A stretch of DNA of 64,000 nt from Candidatus Pampinifervens sinense (GTDB lineage Bacteria; Aquificota; Aquificia; Aquificales; Aquificaceae), in assembly GCA_037927135.1 (NCBI GenBank), contig JAXSPP010000001.1:268938-332937 (forward strand). Direction: 5' to 3'. How positions within the stretch are numbered: position 1 is the first letter of the stretch; each line of letters opens with the position of its first letter. The notes beneath the pieces are model-generated. The model searched no databases, had not been told where the DNA came from, and was given only the letters and a program-made list of their open reading frames with translations. This document shows, piece by piece, positions 1-8,840 of this stretch. Made by a program: the position numbers and the translations under genes.

Positions 1-663
1 GAGTTTATAGCCTTTTTGACCAAGCACACCTCAGAGGGCTACCTATACAAGGTAGACTTTAGGCTCAGGCCCATGGGAAGGGCTGGAGAGATAGCACCTT
101 CCATAGACTTTTACAGAGATTATTTCCAGGCTCAGGCAAGGACTTGGGAAAGGATAGCTTGGACAAGGTGTAGGTATGTGGCCGGTGAAGAGAGTCTTAT
201 AGAAGAGTTTGAAAGGCTATTAGAAGACTTTCTTTTTAACAAGCCCATTGGTCCTAAAGAGAGGAAAGAGATAAGGGATATGAGGCTTGCCCTTGAGGGC
301 AACGCCAAAAGGGTAAAAGGATACATTGACCTTAAATTTTCACCGGGAGGGCTAATAGATGCGGAGTTTCTCATTCAATACTATATCCTACTGGAAAGGC
401 TAGGAGAACCTTCCATGATCAAGGCCTGTGAAGCCCTTATGCAAAAATATAGCACACTAAAAGAGGTTTATGAAAACTACCTATTTTTGAGGCTTGTGGA
501 GACAAGGCTTAGGCTTTCTAAGGAGTCTGCTGGGTCCTTGATCTCTCCCCAAGATATGAAAAGGCTTGCAAGCTCTTTGGGTATGCAAAAAGAGGAGTTA
601 GAAGAAAGGATAAAGGAGAGCATGAAAAGGTTAAGGGAGGTGTTCCTTGAGGTTTTTGATTAA
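1..663 (+). CDS. glnE: Glutamine synthetase adenylyltransferase, C-terminal part (5' end outside window)
   Basis: Motifs GYLYKVDFRLRPMG, ARTWERIAW and DLKFSPGGLIDAEF typical of GlnE; frame is open back to base 1. Confidence 0.85.
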   Translation, partial: EFIAFLTKHTSEGYLYKVDFRLRPMGRAGEIAPSIDFYRDYFQAQARTWERIAWTRCRYVAGEESLIEEFERLLEDFLFNKPIGPKERKEIRDMRLALEGNAKRVKGYIDLKFSPGGLIDAEFLIQYYILLERLGEPSMIKACEALMQKYSTLKEVYENYLFLRLVETRLRLSKESAGSLISPQDMKRLASSLGMQKEELEERIKESMKRLREVFLEVFD

Positions 664-2063
664 AGCTCCAAAGCCCTTAAAATCCTCTTAATCACCCTCT
701 CCTTTGGCAAGACATCACAGAGTATATCCACACCCACGCCTTCCAGCTCTCCCGTAAGGGAAGCCCTCAAAGCATGCCACACATCCTTAGCCTTAACATT
801 TAACTCCCTTTGTATCTCTTTGGCTATGGCCTTTACCCTTTCTGCACTCAGGTCTGTGTCTTGTATCTTTTGTAGAAAGGCCTCAAGCACAGCCCTTGAG
901 GTCTCATTCTCAAGCACGGACAAGGCTTCCTCCGAGTATTTTACCTCTTCCACAAAGAAGGGCTTTAGCCTTTCCACACCTTCCCTCAAGGTTTCAAAAG
1001 AGTCCCTTGTCCTTTCAAGCACCCTCTTTACATAGTCCCTTTCCGCTTTATAGCCAGCCTCCTCAAGGAAGGGCATGAACTCATCCACAAGCCTATCAAG
1101 GGAAAGTACCTCCCTTATATAAACACCGTTCATCCATCTTAGCTTCTCCTTGCTAAAGACTGCCGGTGAAGAGTTCACATCCTCAAGCCTAAAAATCCTT
1201 ATCAGCTCCTCCTTTGAAAAGATCTCCCTTCCTTCTTCTGGAGGGCTCCATCCCAAAAGACAAAGGTAGTTAAACAAAGCCTCTGGAAGGTAGCCCTCTT
1301 CTCTGTAGTTTCTCACAGAGACAGCACCATGCCTTTTGGAGAGCTTGCTCCTGTCCTCTCCAAGTATTACAGGAAGATGGGCAAAGGCAGGCACCTTAAA
1401 GCCAAGGGCTTCGTATATGAGTATCTGCTTTGGCGTGTTCGGTATGTGGTCCTCACCCCTTATCACATGGGTCACACCCATCAAAGCATCATCTACTACC
1501 ACCGCAAAGTTGTATGTAGGCGTCCCATCGCTACGCACTATTACAAAGTCCCCAAATTCATCCACGCTTATGGCTATGTGTCCTTTTATTAGGTCCTCAA
1601 AGACCACCACCCTGCCATCGGGCACCCTAAACCTTATAGTGTATGGCCTCCCAGACCTTATCAGCTCCTCCACCTCCTCCTTGCTCAAGGCCCTACACTT
1701 ACCTGAATATCTATAAGGAACGCCTTTTTCTTCCGCTCTTTTCCTTTCTTCTTCCAGCTCCTCTACCGTGCAAAAGCATGGGTAGGCATGTCCGCTTTCC
1801 AAGAGCCTTTGGGCATATTCCCTGTATATATCAAACCTCTCCGACTGGCGATAAAGCTCGTCCCACTCAAGACCAAGCCATTTTAGGTCCTCAAGGAGCA
1901 TCTCCTCAAACTCCTTTGTAGAACGCTCTTTGTCCGTGTCTTCTATCCTGAGGATGAACTTTCCGCCCATGTGTCTTGCAAAGAGGTAGCTGAAGATGGC
2001 CGTTCTGGCATTGCCAAGGTGCAGATAGCCCGTTGGACTTGGAGCAAAGCGTGAAACTACCAT
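660..2063 (-). CDS. gltX: Glutamate--tRNA ligase
   Basis: RFAPSPTGYLHLGNAR (HIGH), KLSKR (KMSKS), VIRGEDH. Confidence 0.97.
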   Translation of the reverse strand: MVVSRFAPSPTGYLHLGNARTAIFSYLFARHMGGKFILRIEDTDKERSTKEFEEMLLEDLKWLGLEWDELYRQSERFDIYREYAQRLLESGHAYPCFCTVEELEEERKRAEEKGVPYRYSGKCRALSKEEVEELIRSGRPYTIRFRVPDGRVVVFEDLIKGHIAISVDEFGDFVIVRSDGTPTYNFAVVVDDALMGVTHVIRGEDHIPNTPKQILIYEALGFKVPAFAHLPVILGEDRSKLSKRHGAVSVRNYREEGYLPEALFNYLCLLGWSPPEEGREIFSKEELIRIFRLEDVNSSPAVFSKEKLRWMNGVYIREVLSLDRLVDEFMPFLEEAGYKAERDYVKRVLERTRDSFETLREGVERLKPFFVEEVKYSEEALSVLENETSRAVLEAFLQKIQDTDLSAERVKAIAKEIQRELNVKAKDVWHALRASLTGELEGVGVDILCDVLPKERVIKRILRALEL

Positions 2064-2100
2064 GACTGAATATTATAAAGGTTTGTTATAATCTTTAAGC

Positions 2101-3018
2101 ATGGAGTACGCCTTCTTTGAAGGAAAGTTTGTTCCAATAGAAGAGGCAAAGATCCACATAAAGACCAATTCTTTCCATTATGGGACTGCTGTCTTTGAAG
2201 GCATAAGGGCCTATTGGAACGAGGAGCAAAAACAGCTATATATCCTCTTTGCCAAAGAGCATTATCAAAGGCTTCTGAAAAACTGCAAGGCCATGTTTAT
2301 GGAACTTCCTTACACTGTGGAGGACCTGGTGAACATAACGGTGGAGCTTTTAAGAAGAAATCAAGTAAAAGAAGATGTTTACATAAGGCCCATAGTTTAT
2401 TTTAAAGACCTAAAGCTCACACCCAAGCTCATTGATTACACACCGGAGATAGCCATATATACTTATAACTTTGGCAGGTATTTGGATACCTCCAAGGGCA
2501 TAAGGGTTAAGGTCTCCTCCTGGAGAAGGAACGACGATAACTCCATTCCCTCAAGATGGAAGGTGGCAGGAGCCTATGTGAACAGCGCCTTGGCAAAAAC
2601 GGAGGCCATACTCTCCGGCTACGATGAGGCCATTATGCTAAATCAACACGGCTTTGTGGCCGAAGGCTCTGGGGAGAACATATTCCTCATAAGGGACGGC
2701 AAGGCCATAACACCCTCCTATTCTGAGCACATACTGGAAGGCATCACAAGGGCTGCGGTTAAAAAGCTTTTAAAGAACGAGCTTGTAATAGAGGTAGAGG
2801 AGAGGCCTGTGGCCCGTAGCGAGCTTTACGTGGCCGATGAGATATTTATGACGGGTACTGCGGCTGAGATAACACCTGTGGTAGAAGTGGACAATAGAAA
2901 GATAGGAAAGGGTGAGGTGGGGCCTATAACAAAAGAGCTCCAAGAGATATACTTCCGTGCGGTGAGGGGCATGATAGACAGGTACATGGGATGGCTTACA
3001 CCCGTTTATGAAAAGTGA
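2101..3018 (+). CDS. ilvE: Branched-chain amino acid aminotransferase
   Basis: FHYGTAVFEGIRAY, EGSGENIF, ILEGITR, GTAAEITPV (PLP class IV). Confidence 0.95.
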   Translation: MEYAFFEGKFVPIEEAKIHIKTNSFHYGTAVFEGIRAYWNEEQKQLYILFAKEHYQRLLKNCKAMFMELPYTVEDLVNITVELLRRNQVKEDVYIRPIVYFKDLKLTPKLIDYTPEIAIYTYNFGRYLDTSKGIRVKVSSWRRNDDNSIPSRWKVAGAYVNSALAKTEAILSGYDEAIMLNQHGFVAEGSGENIFLIRDGKAITPSYSEHILEGITRAAVKKLLKNELVIEVEERPVARSELYVADEIFMTGTAAEITPVVEVDNRKIGKGEVGPITKELQEIYFRAVRGMIDRYMGWLTPVYEK

Positions 3019-4090
3019 AAGGTTGGACCTTTTTCAAGAGATAGTTTATCAAGTGGCATGTCTCAATAGGTTGGTTGGAACAGATGGACACAGAAGAGTT
3101 CATAAGCTTATAGAATCCTTCTTTGAATACCTCTCCATACCTTATGTGAAGGAAGTTTTCCATTTTAGCAAGTTTATACCTAAGGAGGCTTGGATAGAAG
3201 TGGAGGGCAAAAGGATAGAAGCTGTAGCCTTTCTGGGAAGTAAGGGAATAGAGGTGGAAGCATATGTGAAAAGGGATTATCTAGAGGGTGATATAGCTCT
3301 TATTCCAAATGTCACTAGAGAAAAGGCCATTGAGGCCCAAAGGAGGGGGGCCCTCGCCATAATAACTTACATGGATAAGATGGCCGACGGTTACCTGTAT
3401 GGAGAATACATGGGCCTTGACTTACCTATAGTAAGCCTGCAAAGGGATCATGTAAACAAGGTGGAAGATTACAAGGTGAAGCTTTGTGTGAAGTCTAAGG
3501 AAGAGAGGCTAAGGGGGCAAAACTGGTTGCTGGAGTTGGGGAAGGGTCCTGTCATATACCTTGTGGCCCATATGGATACGGTGCACAGGGTCTACGGTGC
3601 CATATCAAACGCCGTAAGCTTTCTCCTGCTTATCTTTCTCTACGATGAGCTGAGGGAAGGCTACCGCACTCCTTACAGGCTTAGATTTCTAATAAGCGAT
3701 GGAAGAGAGTTAGGCTTGGAAGGAGTAAGGTTTCATCTGAAAAGGGAACCAAAGCATGTTTTTTACTGCATAAACCTTGAGGGGTTAGGCTGGCATAATC
3801 CCTGCGTCATATACGAAGATTCAGCGGGCTACAACGGAGAGAGGATCAACGAGCTTTTTTATAAACACGTAAACGAGCTAAAGGTGCTTATAGAGTTTAA
3901 AAAGGCCAAAGAGAGGGATGGAGACCATGTGCCCTTTAAAGAGAGGGGAATTCAGGCACTTTTCCTTAGTTCCTATCCCTTTACCTTGAGGCATACCATG
4001 TATGACAACTACGATGCCATAAGTTGGGACAAAGTTCTCATGTGGTATGAGGTTATACTATCTTTTCTTAGGAGGTTTCACAGACTATGA
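3008..4090 (+). CDS. M28-family aminopeptidase-like protein with degenerate active-site motifs
   Basis: VAHMDT, INLEGLG, DHVPF and HTMYD motifs with a PA-like insert; the usual DN and EE motifs are altered. Confidence 0.65.
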   Translation: MKSERLDLFQEIVYQVACLNRLVGTDGHRRVHKLIESFFEYLSIPYVKEVFHFSKFIPKEAWIEVEGKRIEAVAFLGSKGIEVEAYVKRDYLEGDIALIPNVTREKAIEAQRRGALAIITYMDKMADGYLYGEYMGLDLPIVSLQRDHVNKVEDYKVKLCVKSKEERLRGQNWLLELGKGPVIYLVAHMDTVHRVYGAISNAVSFLLLIFLYDELREGYRTPYRLRFLISDGRELGLEGVRFHLKREPKHVFYCINLEGLGWHNPCVIYEDSAGYNGERINELFYKHVNELKVLIEFKKAKERDGDHVPFKERGIQALFLSSYPFTLRHTMYDNYDAISWDKVLMWYEVILSFLRRFHRL

Positions 4091-4695
4091 GAAGTATAGT
4101 TTTGCTTTTGCTTTTAATATTCTCCCTATCCTTCTCCCAGTCCTTTGAAGAGCTCCAAAAGAGGTTGGAAAGTATAAGGACTGTAAAGGTGGTCTTTATA
4201 CAAAAGGTTCAGTATCCATGGCAGAATAACCCGGAGGTTTCAAAGGGCATATTCTATGCCCAAAGGGGAGGAAAGTTTAGGATAGAGTATGAGCACCCAA
4301 ACAGAACGCTTATAGTTTCCGATGGCAGGAGGGTGCTTGTGTATTCTCCCAAGGACAAAACGGCCTTTATTGAAAGCGTAGATAAAAACAGGTCTCCTGT
4401 AGTTGAAGCCCTCTTTCTCGTATCAAGGCCCATAGGAGAGGTCTTTCAGCTGGTGGGTGAGGTAGAAAGGCCTGAAGGTAAGATATTTATCCTAAAGCCT
4501 AAGGTAAAGGATGAGTATTTTTCCAGAGTCTTTCTAGAGGTTTCCATCAGGGGAGAAATAAAGAGTATAAGGGTTGAGGAGAAGGAGGGTATAAGCACCA
4601 CGGTAGAGTTCATAAAGGTGTCCTATAACTTTTTACCTTCGGAGGACCTTTTTAGTCTAAGGGTTCCTGAAGGGGTTAAGCTTCTTAAACCATGA
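4087..4695 (+). CDS. lolA: Outer-membrane lipoprotein carrier LolA family protein
   Basis: Signal peptide, then FIQ..., GIFYAQRGGKFRIEY, LIVSDG and C-terminal F..VPEGV. Confidence 0.85.
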   Translation: MRSIVLLLLLIFSLSFSQSFEELQKRLESIRTVKVVFIQKVQYPWQNNPEVSKGIFYAQRGGKFRIEYEHPNRTLIVSDGRRVLVYSPKDKTAFIESVDKNRSPVVEALFLVSRPIGEVFQLVGEVERPEGKIFILKPKVKDEYFSRVFLEVSIRGEIKSIRVEEKEGISTTVEFIKVSYNFLPSEDLFSLRVPEGVKLLKP

Positions 4696-5153
4696 GGATA
4701 CGCAGGGCAGAAAACGGAGATATAAAAGAGCTCATTGACGTTTATTTACAAGGCTATAAAGGGCTGGAAGAATACTCCTATACACATCCCGAGGATGTGC
4801 AGGCCTATTTAAACTGGCTTTTCAGAAGGGATGTGGCGGGCATATGGGTGGCAGAGGATGAGGATGGTAAAATAGTGGGTTTTGTGGCAAGCGATGGAAA
4901 CTGGTTTAGCAAAAGGGAAGGAAAGGTGGTGGGAGCTTTACATGAGCTTGTGGTCCTTCCAGAATATAGGAACAAGGGTATAGGTAGGGCCCTTATAGAA
5001 AAGGCCTTGGAGTATTTTAAAAGCAGGGGGCTTGACACAGCGGAGCTTTGGGTAGGGGATCAAAACACACAGGCCATTGAGTTCTATAAAAAGCTAGGCT
5101 TTGAGGAAAAGGATAGGTTCAACTATTGGATAAGAATGACCAAGTCCCTATAA
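4692..5153 (+). CDS. GNAT family N-acetyltransferase
   Basis: VLPEYRNKGIGRAL acetyl-CoA motif, NTQAIEFYKKLGF. Confidence 0.9.
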   Translation: MRIRRAENGDIKELIDVYLQGYKGLEEYSYTHPEDVQAYLNWLFRRDVAGIWVAEDEDGKIVGFVASDGNWFSKREGKVVGALHELVVLPEYRNKGIGRALIEKALEYFKSRGLDTAELWVGDQNTQAIEFYKKLGFEEKDRFNYWIRMTKSL

Positions 5154-5927
5154 GAAGAATACCTTTACCATACTCTTTGCCTTTTCTTTATACCTTCTGT
5201 AAATATCCCTTGCAAGGGCCAAGCTTTCCAAAGAGGAGCCTTTGGGTAGGCCTTTATCCCTTAGCCACTCTAAAAACCTAGCCCTTGCAAGAACGCTGGC
5301 CGTAGCCACCGCCACATTCTCTTCCCCTTTGTGTTCAAAGACCACTCCCTTACCAAAGGGGCTTCTCTTTGAATAGGCATCCACAAAAACCTCGGCAGTA
5401 GGATAAGCCTTTTTAATCTCCCTTAATATCTCAAGGTAAAGTCTGTCAAGTATCCTATTTAGGTTCTTTATCTCTTCATACATCTGGTTTAGCTCAACTG
5501 GTTCAACCACCCTGCATATGAACTCCCCAAAGCTTTCAAAAGCCTTAGCCTTTTTTATTACCTCCTCATCTCTCATCTTCTTACAGTCCCTTAGGTTTAG
5601 CTCAAGGACCCTTTTGTAATACTCTGGCCTTATGATGGCACAGCATAGCACAAGGGGGCCAAAAACGTCCCCCTTACCCGACTCATCACAGCCCACAAGT
5701 ATTTTCTCGCTTGGAGTAAGAAGGGACAGTATAAACTCCCTCAGCTCCTGCGTTCCTTTTCCCTGCAAAAGAAGTGTGCCAGAAGGATAAAAGTGTATGT
5801 AAGTTTGTCCGTTGCTCAAAGACCAAAGGGTATTGGGAGAACTTATCTCGTAAAAGCCTCTGTTTAAAAGCTCTACTTTTAATCTATCTGAGTCTTCCTT
5901 GGGAACTTTAACCGTTAGATTTGTCAT
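5148..5927 (-). CDS. rnhC: Ribonuclease HIII (short form with N-terminal TBP-like domain)
   Basis: GCDESGKGDVFGPLV, RDCKK, VATASVLAR; N-terminal YPSGTLLLQG. Confidence 0.88.
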   Translation of the reverse strand: MTNLTVKVPKEDSDRLKVELLNRGFYEISSPNTLWSLSNGQTYIHFYPSGTLLLQGKGTQELREFILSLLTPSEKILVGCDESGKGDVFGPLVLCCAIIRPEYYKRVLELNLRDCKKMRDEEVIKKAKAFESFGEFICRVVEPVELNQMYEEIKNLNRILDRLYLEILREIKKAYPTAEVFVDAYSKRSPFGKGVVFEHKGEENVAVATASVLARARFLEWLRDKGLPKGSSLESLALARDIYRRYKEKAKSMVKVFFL

Positions 5928-5945
5928 GCTATACTATAATTTATA

Positions 5946-6032
5946 GCGGGTGTGGCGGAACTGGCAGACGCGCTGGACTCAGGATCCAGTGGGCTTACGC
6001 CCGTGAGGGTTCAACTCCCTCCACCCGCACCA
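5946..6032 (+). tRNA. tRNA-Leu (anticodon CAG)
   Basis: Acceptor GCGGGTG/CACCCGC, anticodon arm CTGGA-CTCAGGA-TCCAG, long variable arm, GGTTCAACTCC T-arm, encoded CCA. Confidence 0.97.
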
Positions 6033-6039
6033 TAAAGCC

Positions 6040-6840
6040 ATGAAAGTGCTCATCTTTGGAGACATCATAGGAAAGCCAGGTAGAAAGGCCCTAAGGTATT
6101 TTCTTGCGGGCTACAGGGACCTTGTGGATGTGGTGCTTGTAAACGTGGAAAACTCTGCTGGAGGCTTTGGTATAACCAAAAAGGTCTATGAAGAACTCCT
6201 CCATATGGGTGTGGACGTGATGACCTCGGGAAACCACATATGGGACAAAAAGGAGGTCTATGAGTTTATAGATCAGTGTGATAACCTTTTGAGGCCAGCC
6301 AACTACCCGCCGGGAGTTCCAGGAAGAGGCTACGGCATATACGAGAAGAAAGGCATAAGGTTTGCCGTTATAAACCTTATGGGAAGGTCCCTTCTGGATT
6401 CAAACCTTGAAAACCCCTTTTTACTCTTTGACAGACTATATGAAGAGCTCTACAAAGAAACCCCAATAATCTTGGTGGACTTTCATGCGGAGACCACCTC
6501 AGAGAAGTGGGCCTTTGGCATATATGCGGACGGAAGGGCAAGCGTAGTCTATGGCACCCACACCCATGTGCCTACAGCGGACCAGATAATTCTTAAGAAA
6601 GGCACGGCCTATGTGAGCGATGTGGGCATGACGGGATGCTGGTATTCCGTTATAGGCATGAAGTCAGAGCAAGCCATAGGGAGGTTTACAAAGGGCTTGC
6701 CTCAAAAGTATGAAGTGGAAGAAAAGGAGGATTTGGTGGTAAACGCTGTGATTGTAGAAGTTGATGAATCAAGCGGAAGGGCAAAAAGTATAGAAAGATT
6801 ACAGCAATATATAACGAGAGAAGAGCTAAGGGAAGCCTAA
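6040..6840 (+). CDS. ymdB: YmdB-family metallophosphoesterase (TIGR00282 type)
   Basis: GDIIGKPG, NVENSAGG, TSGNHIWDKK, DFHAETTSEK, GTHTHV, SDVGMTG. Confidence 0.92.
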   Translation: MKVLIFGDIIGKPGRKALRYFLAGYRDLVDVVLVNVENSAGGFGITKKVYEELLHMGVDVMTSGNHIWDKKEVYEFIDQCDNLLRPANYPPGVPGRGYGIYEKKGIRFAVINLMGRSLLDSNLENPFLLFDRLYEELYKETPIILVDFHAETTSEKWAFGIYADGRASVVYGTHTHVPTADQIILKKGTAYVSDVGMTGCWYSVIGMKSEQAIGRFTKGLPQKYEVEEKEDLVVNAVIVEVDESSGRAKSIERLQQYITREELREA

Positions 6841-6849
6841 ATTTATAGT

Positions 6850-7728
6850 ATGCAGGAAGTTAAAAAGAGACCCAAGATAAGCCTTATAGTGGAAAGCCTA
6901 AGCCAGCTGGAAAAGGCCTATGTGGATCTAAAGAAAAACTTAAGCCTTGGAAAGGAGGAGTTCATATCCAACAGGCTAATTCAGGACAAGGTAAGGGTGG
7001 ATTTTAACCTTGCCTTTGAGAGCTGTATGAGGGTATGCAGGCACCTTTCGGCTGTATACAATGTGAAGACCACATCAAAGGACTGTCTTCAGAAGATAGG
7101 CGAGCTTGTGGGCATAAAAGAGATAGAGGCCCTTGGAGAGCTTACAAGCTTTTATATAAAGCATAGGGATCTGAGGGAGAGCCTTCCGGCGGAAGAGCTA
7201 TATGAATTTTTGAGCAAAAACCTATACCTTTTCAAAGAGTATGCAAGGGCAGTGGTAGAGTTTGTAAAGAAGGAAACCAACAACCCACTCCTTATAGACT
7301 TTGACCTTCTTAACGAAAAGGCTGGAAGGATAAAGGAGTCTCTAAAGAAGATAAACTTTGTGTTATCTCAGGGAGAGGAGGAGTTTTGCAAAACCCCCAT
7401 GTATTACGACAGGGTAAAGTATTTTTATCAGGTGGCCTATGATAGCCTTTTTGATATATGCAAGCACCTGGCGCCCAAGTTTGGCATAAAGAAGTTTGGA
7501 GATGATTGTCTTTCAAAGATGGTGGAGGTGGGTGTCATCCCCCAAGAGTACTATATGGATGTTTTTAAGATGACCAACTTGAAGAACAAGCTTATAAGCA
7601 CTTGGGAGGTGGAGCCAAGGGAGCTATACAGAAGCCTCTTGGAGCTAAAGGATAAGATAGAGCCTGTGATGAAGGAGATAGCCAACAGTTTAAGAAGGCT
7701 TTTGAAGGAAAAGGCCGGTCAAGGATAA
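6850..7728 (+). CDS. Tandem DUF86/HepT-like (HEPN) domain protein, RNase motifs apparently absent
   Basis: Two similar halves (EEF..DKVRVDFNLAFESCMRVCRHL / EEF..DRVKYFYQVAYDSLFDICKHL) resembling DUF86 helices. Confidence 0.65.
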   Translation: MQEVKKRPKISLIVESLSQLEKAYVDLKKNLSLGKEEFISNRLIQDKVRVDFNLAFESCMRVCRHLSAVYNVKTTSKDCLQKIGELVGIKEIEALGELTSFYIKHRDLRESLPAEELYEFLSKNLYLFKEYARAVVEFVKKETNNPLLIDFDLLNEKAGRIKESLKKINFVLSQGEEEFCKTPMYYDRVKYFYQVAYDSLFDICKHLAPKFGIKKFGDDCLSKMVEVGVIPQEYYMDVFKMTNLKNKLISTWEVEPRELYRSLLELKDKIEPVMKEIANSLRRLLKEKAGQG

Positions 7729-8831
7729 ATGGCCACTGGCCTGTAAAAGGTGTCCCTCTCTACCGGTATTTTGCCAGCGTCCCTTATAAGCTTTATAAGC
7801 CTCTCCTTTGTGTGGCCCAAGGCGGACTTTGCCCCCGCCGAATGGACTATCCTTTCCTCTTGGATGGTTCCATCAAGGTCATCAGCACCCATGTTTAAGG
7901 CCACCTGCGCCACCCTTTCACCCAAGGTGACCCAATAGGCCTTTATGTGTTCAAAGTTATCAAGGAAGATCCTTGATATGGCTATGGTTTTGAGGTCATC
8001 CACAGAAGAGGTCCTCTTGCCACCAATCCTTGTGCCCTCAGGCCAGTAGGCCAAGGGTATAAAAACCTGAAAGCCCCCCGTCTCATCCTGCAGATCCCTT
8101 AGCCTTTCCATGTGTTCTACCCTCTCTTCGTAGGTCTCCAAGTGTCCATAAAGCATGGTAGCATTGGTAGGAATGCCAAGCCTGTGGGCCGTTCTGTGCA
8201 CCTCAAGGTATTCTTCTGCGTTGGCCTTGTAAGGTGCGATTATCTTCCTTACCCTCTCGGAGAAGATTTCCGCCCCACCACCAGGTATGGCATCAAGGCC
8301 AACGGCCTTTAGGTCCAGCAATACTTCTTCGTAGCTTTTACCAGATATCTTGCTCATATGGTGTATCTCTATGGCCGTCCAGGCCTTTACAACCATGTCT
8401 GGAAAGGCACTCTTTATTTCCCTTACCAAGTTTATATAATCCTCATACCTCCAATGGGGTGGTATACCACCCACTATATGCACCTCCCTACCACCCATCT
8501 TATAAGTCTCTTCCACCTTTTTGAGCACTTCATCTAGGCTCATCTCATAGGCCCTTGGGTCCGACTTTAGCACGCCAAAGCTGCAGAAGTTGCACTGGTA
8601 TATGCATATGTTGGTGGGGTTTATCTGCCTGTTTACGATAAAGTAGGCAAACATGCCGTTCTTCTTCCTGTTTATGTATTCCGCTAGGGCTCCCACATAG
8701 GTAAGGTCCGCCTCGTAGAACAGCTTTACAGCCTCCTTGAAGCTTATTCTCCTTCCTTCTATTACCTTCTCACCTATCTCCCTTAAACTCCTATCCCTTA
8801 CCCTTTCCACAAGCTTCTCTACCTGAAGCAT
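7719..8831 (-). CDS. mqnE: Aminofutalosine synthase (radical SAM, CofH/MqnC/MqnE family)
   Basis: NRQINPTNICIYQCNFCSF CxxxCxxC motif, PGGGAEIF, NATMLYGHLE, HIKAYWV. Confidence 0.88.
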   Translation of the reverse strand: MLQVEKLVERVRDRSLREIGEKVIEGRRISFKEAVKLFYEADLTYVGALAEYINRKKNGMFAYFIVNRQINPTNICIYQCNFCSFGVLKSDPRAYEMSLDEVLKKVEETYKMGGREVHIVGGIPPHWRYEDYINLVREIKSAFPDMVVKAWTAIEIHHMSKISGKSYEEVLLDLKAVGLDAIPGGGAEIFSERVRKIIAPYKANAEEYLEVHRTAHRLGIPTNATMLYGHLETYEERVEHMERLRDLQDETGGFQVFIPLAYWPEGTRIGGKRTSSVDDLKTIAISRIFLDNFEHIKAYWVTLGERVAQVALNMGADDLDGTIQEERIVHSAGAKSALGHTKERLIKLIRDAGKIPVERDTFYRPVAIYP

Positions 8832-8840
8832 GTTTATATT

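Noticed and set aside
5946..7728. tRNA-Leu as the attachment site of an integrated element carrying the HEPN-like gene
   Set aside because: No integrase, no duplicated tRNA 3' end noticed, and the flanking genes have host-like composition
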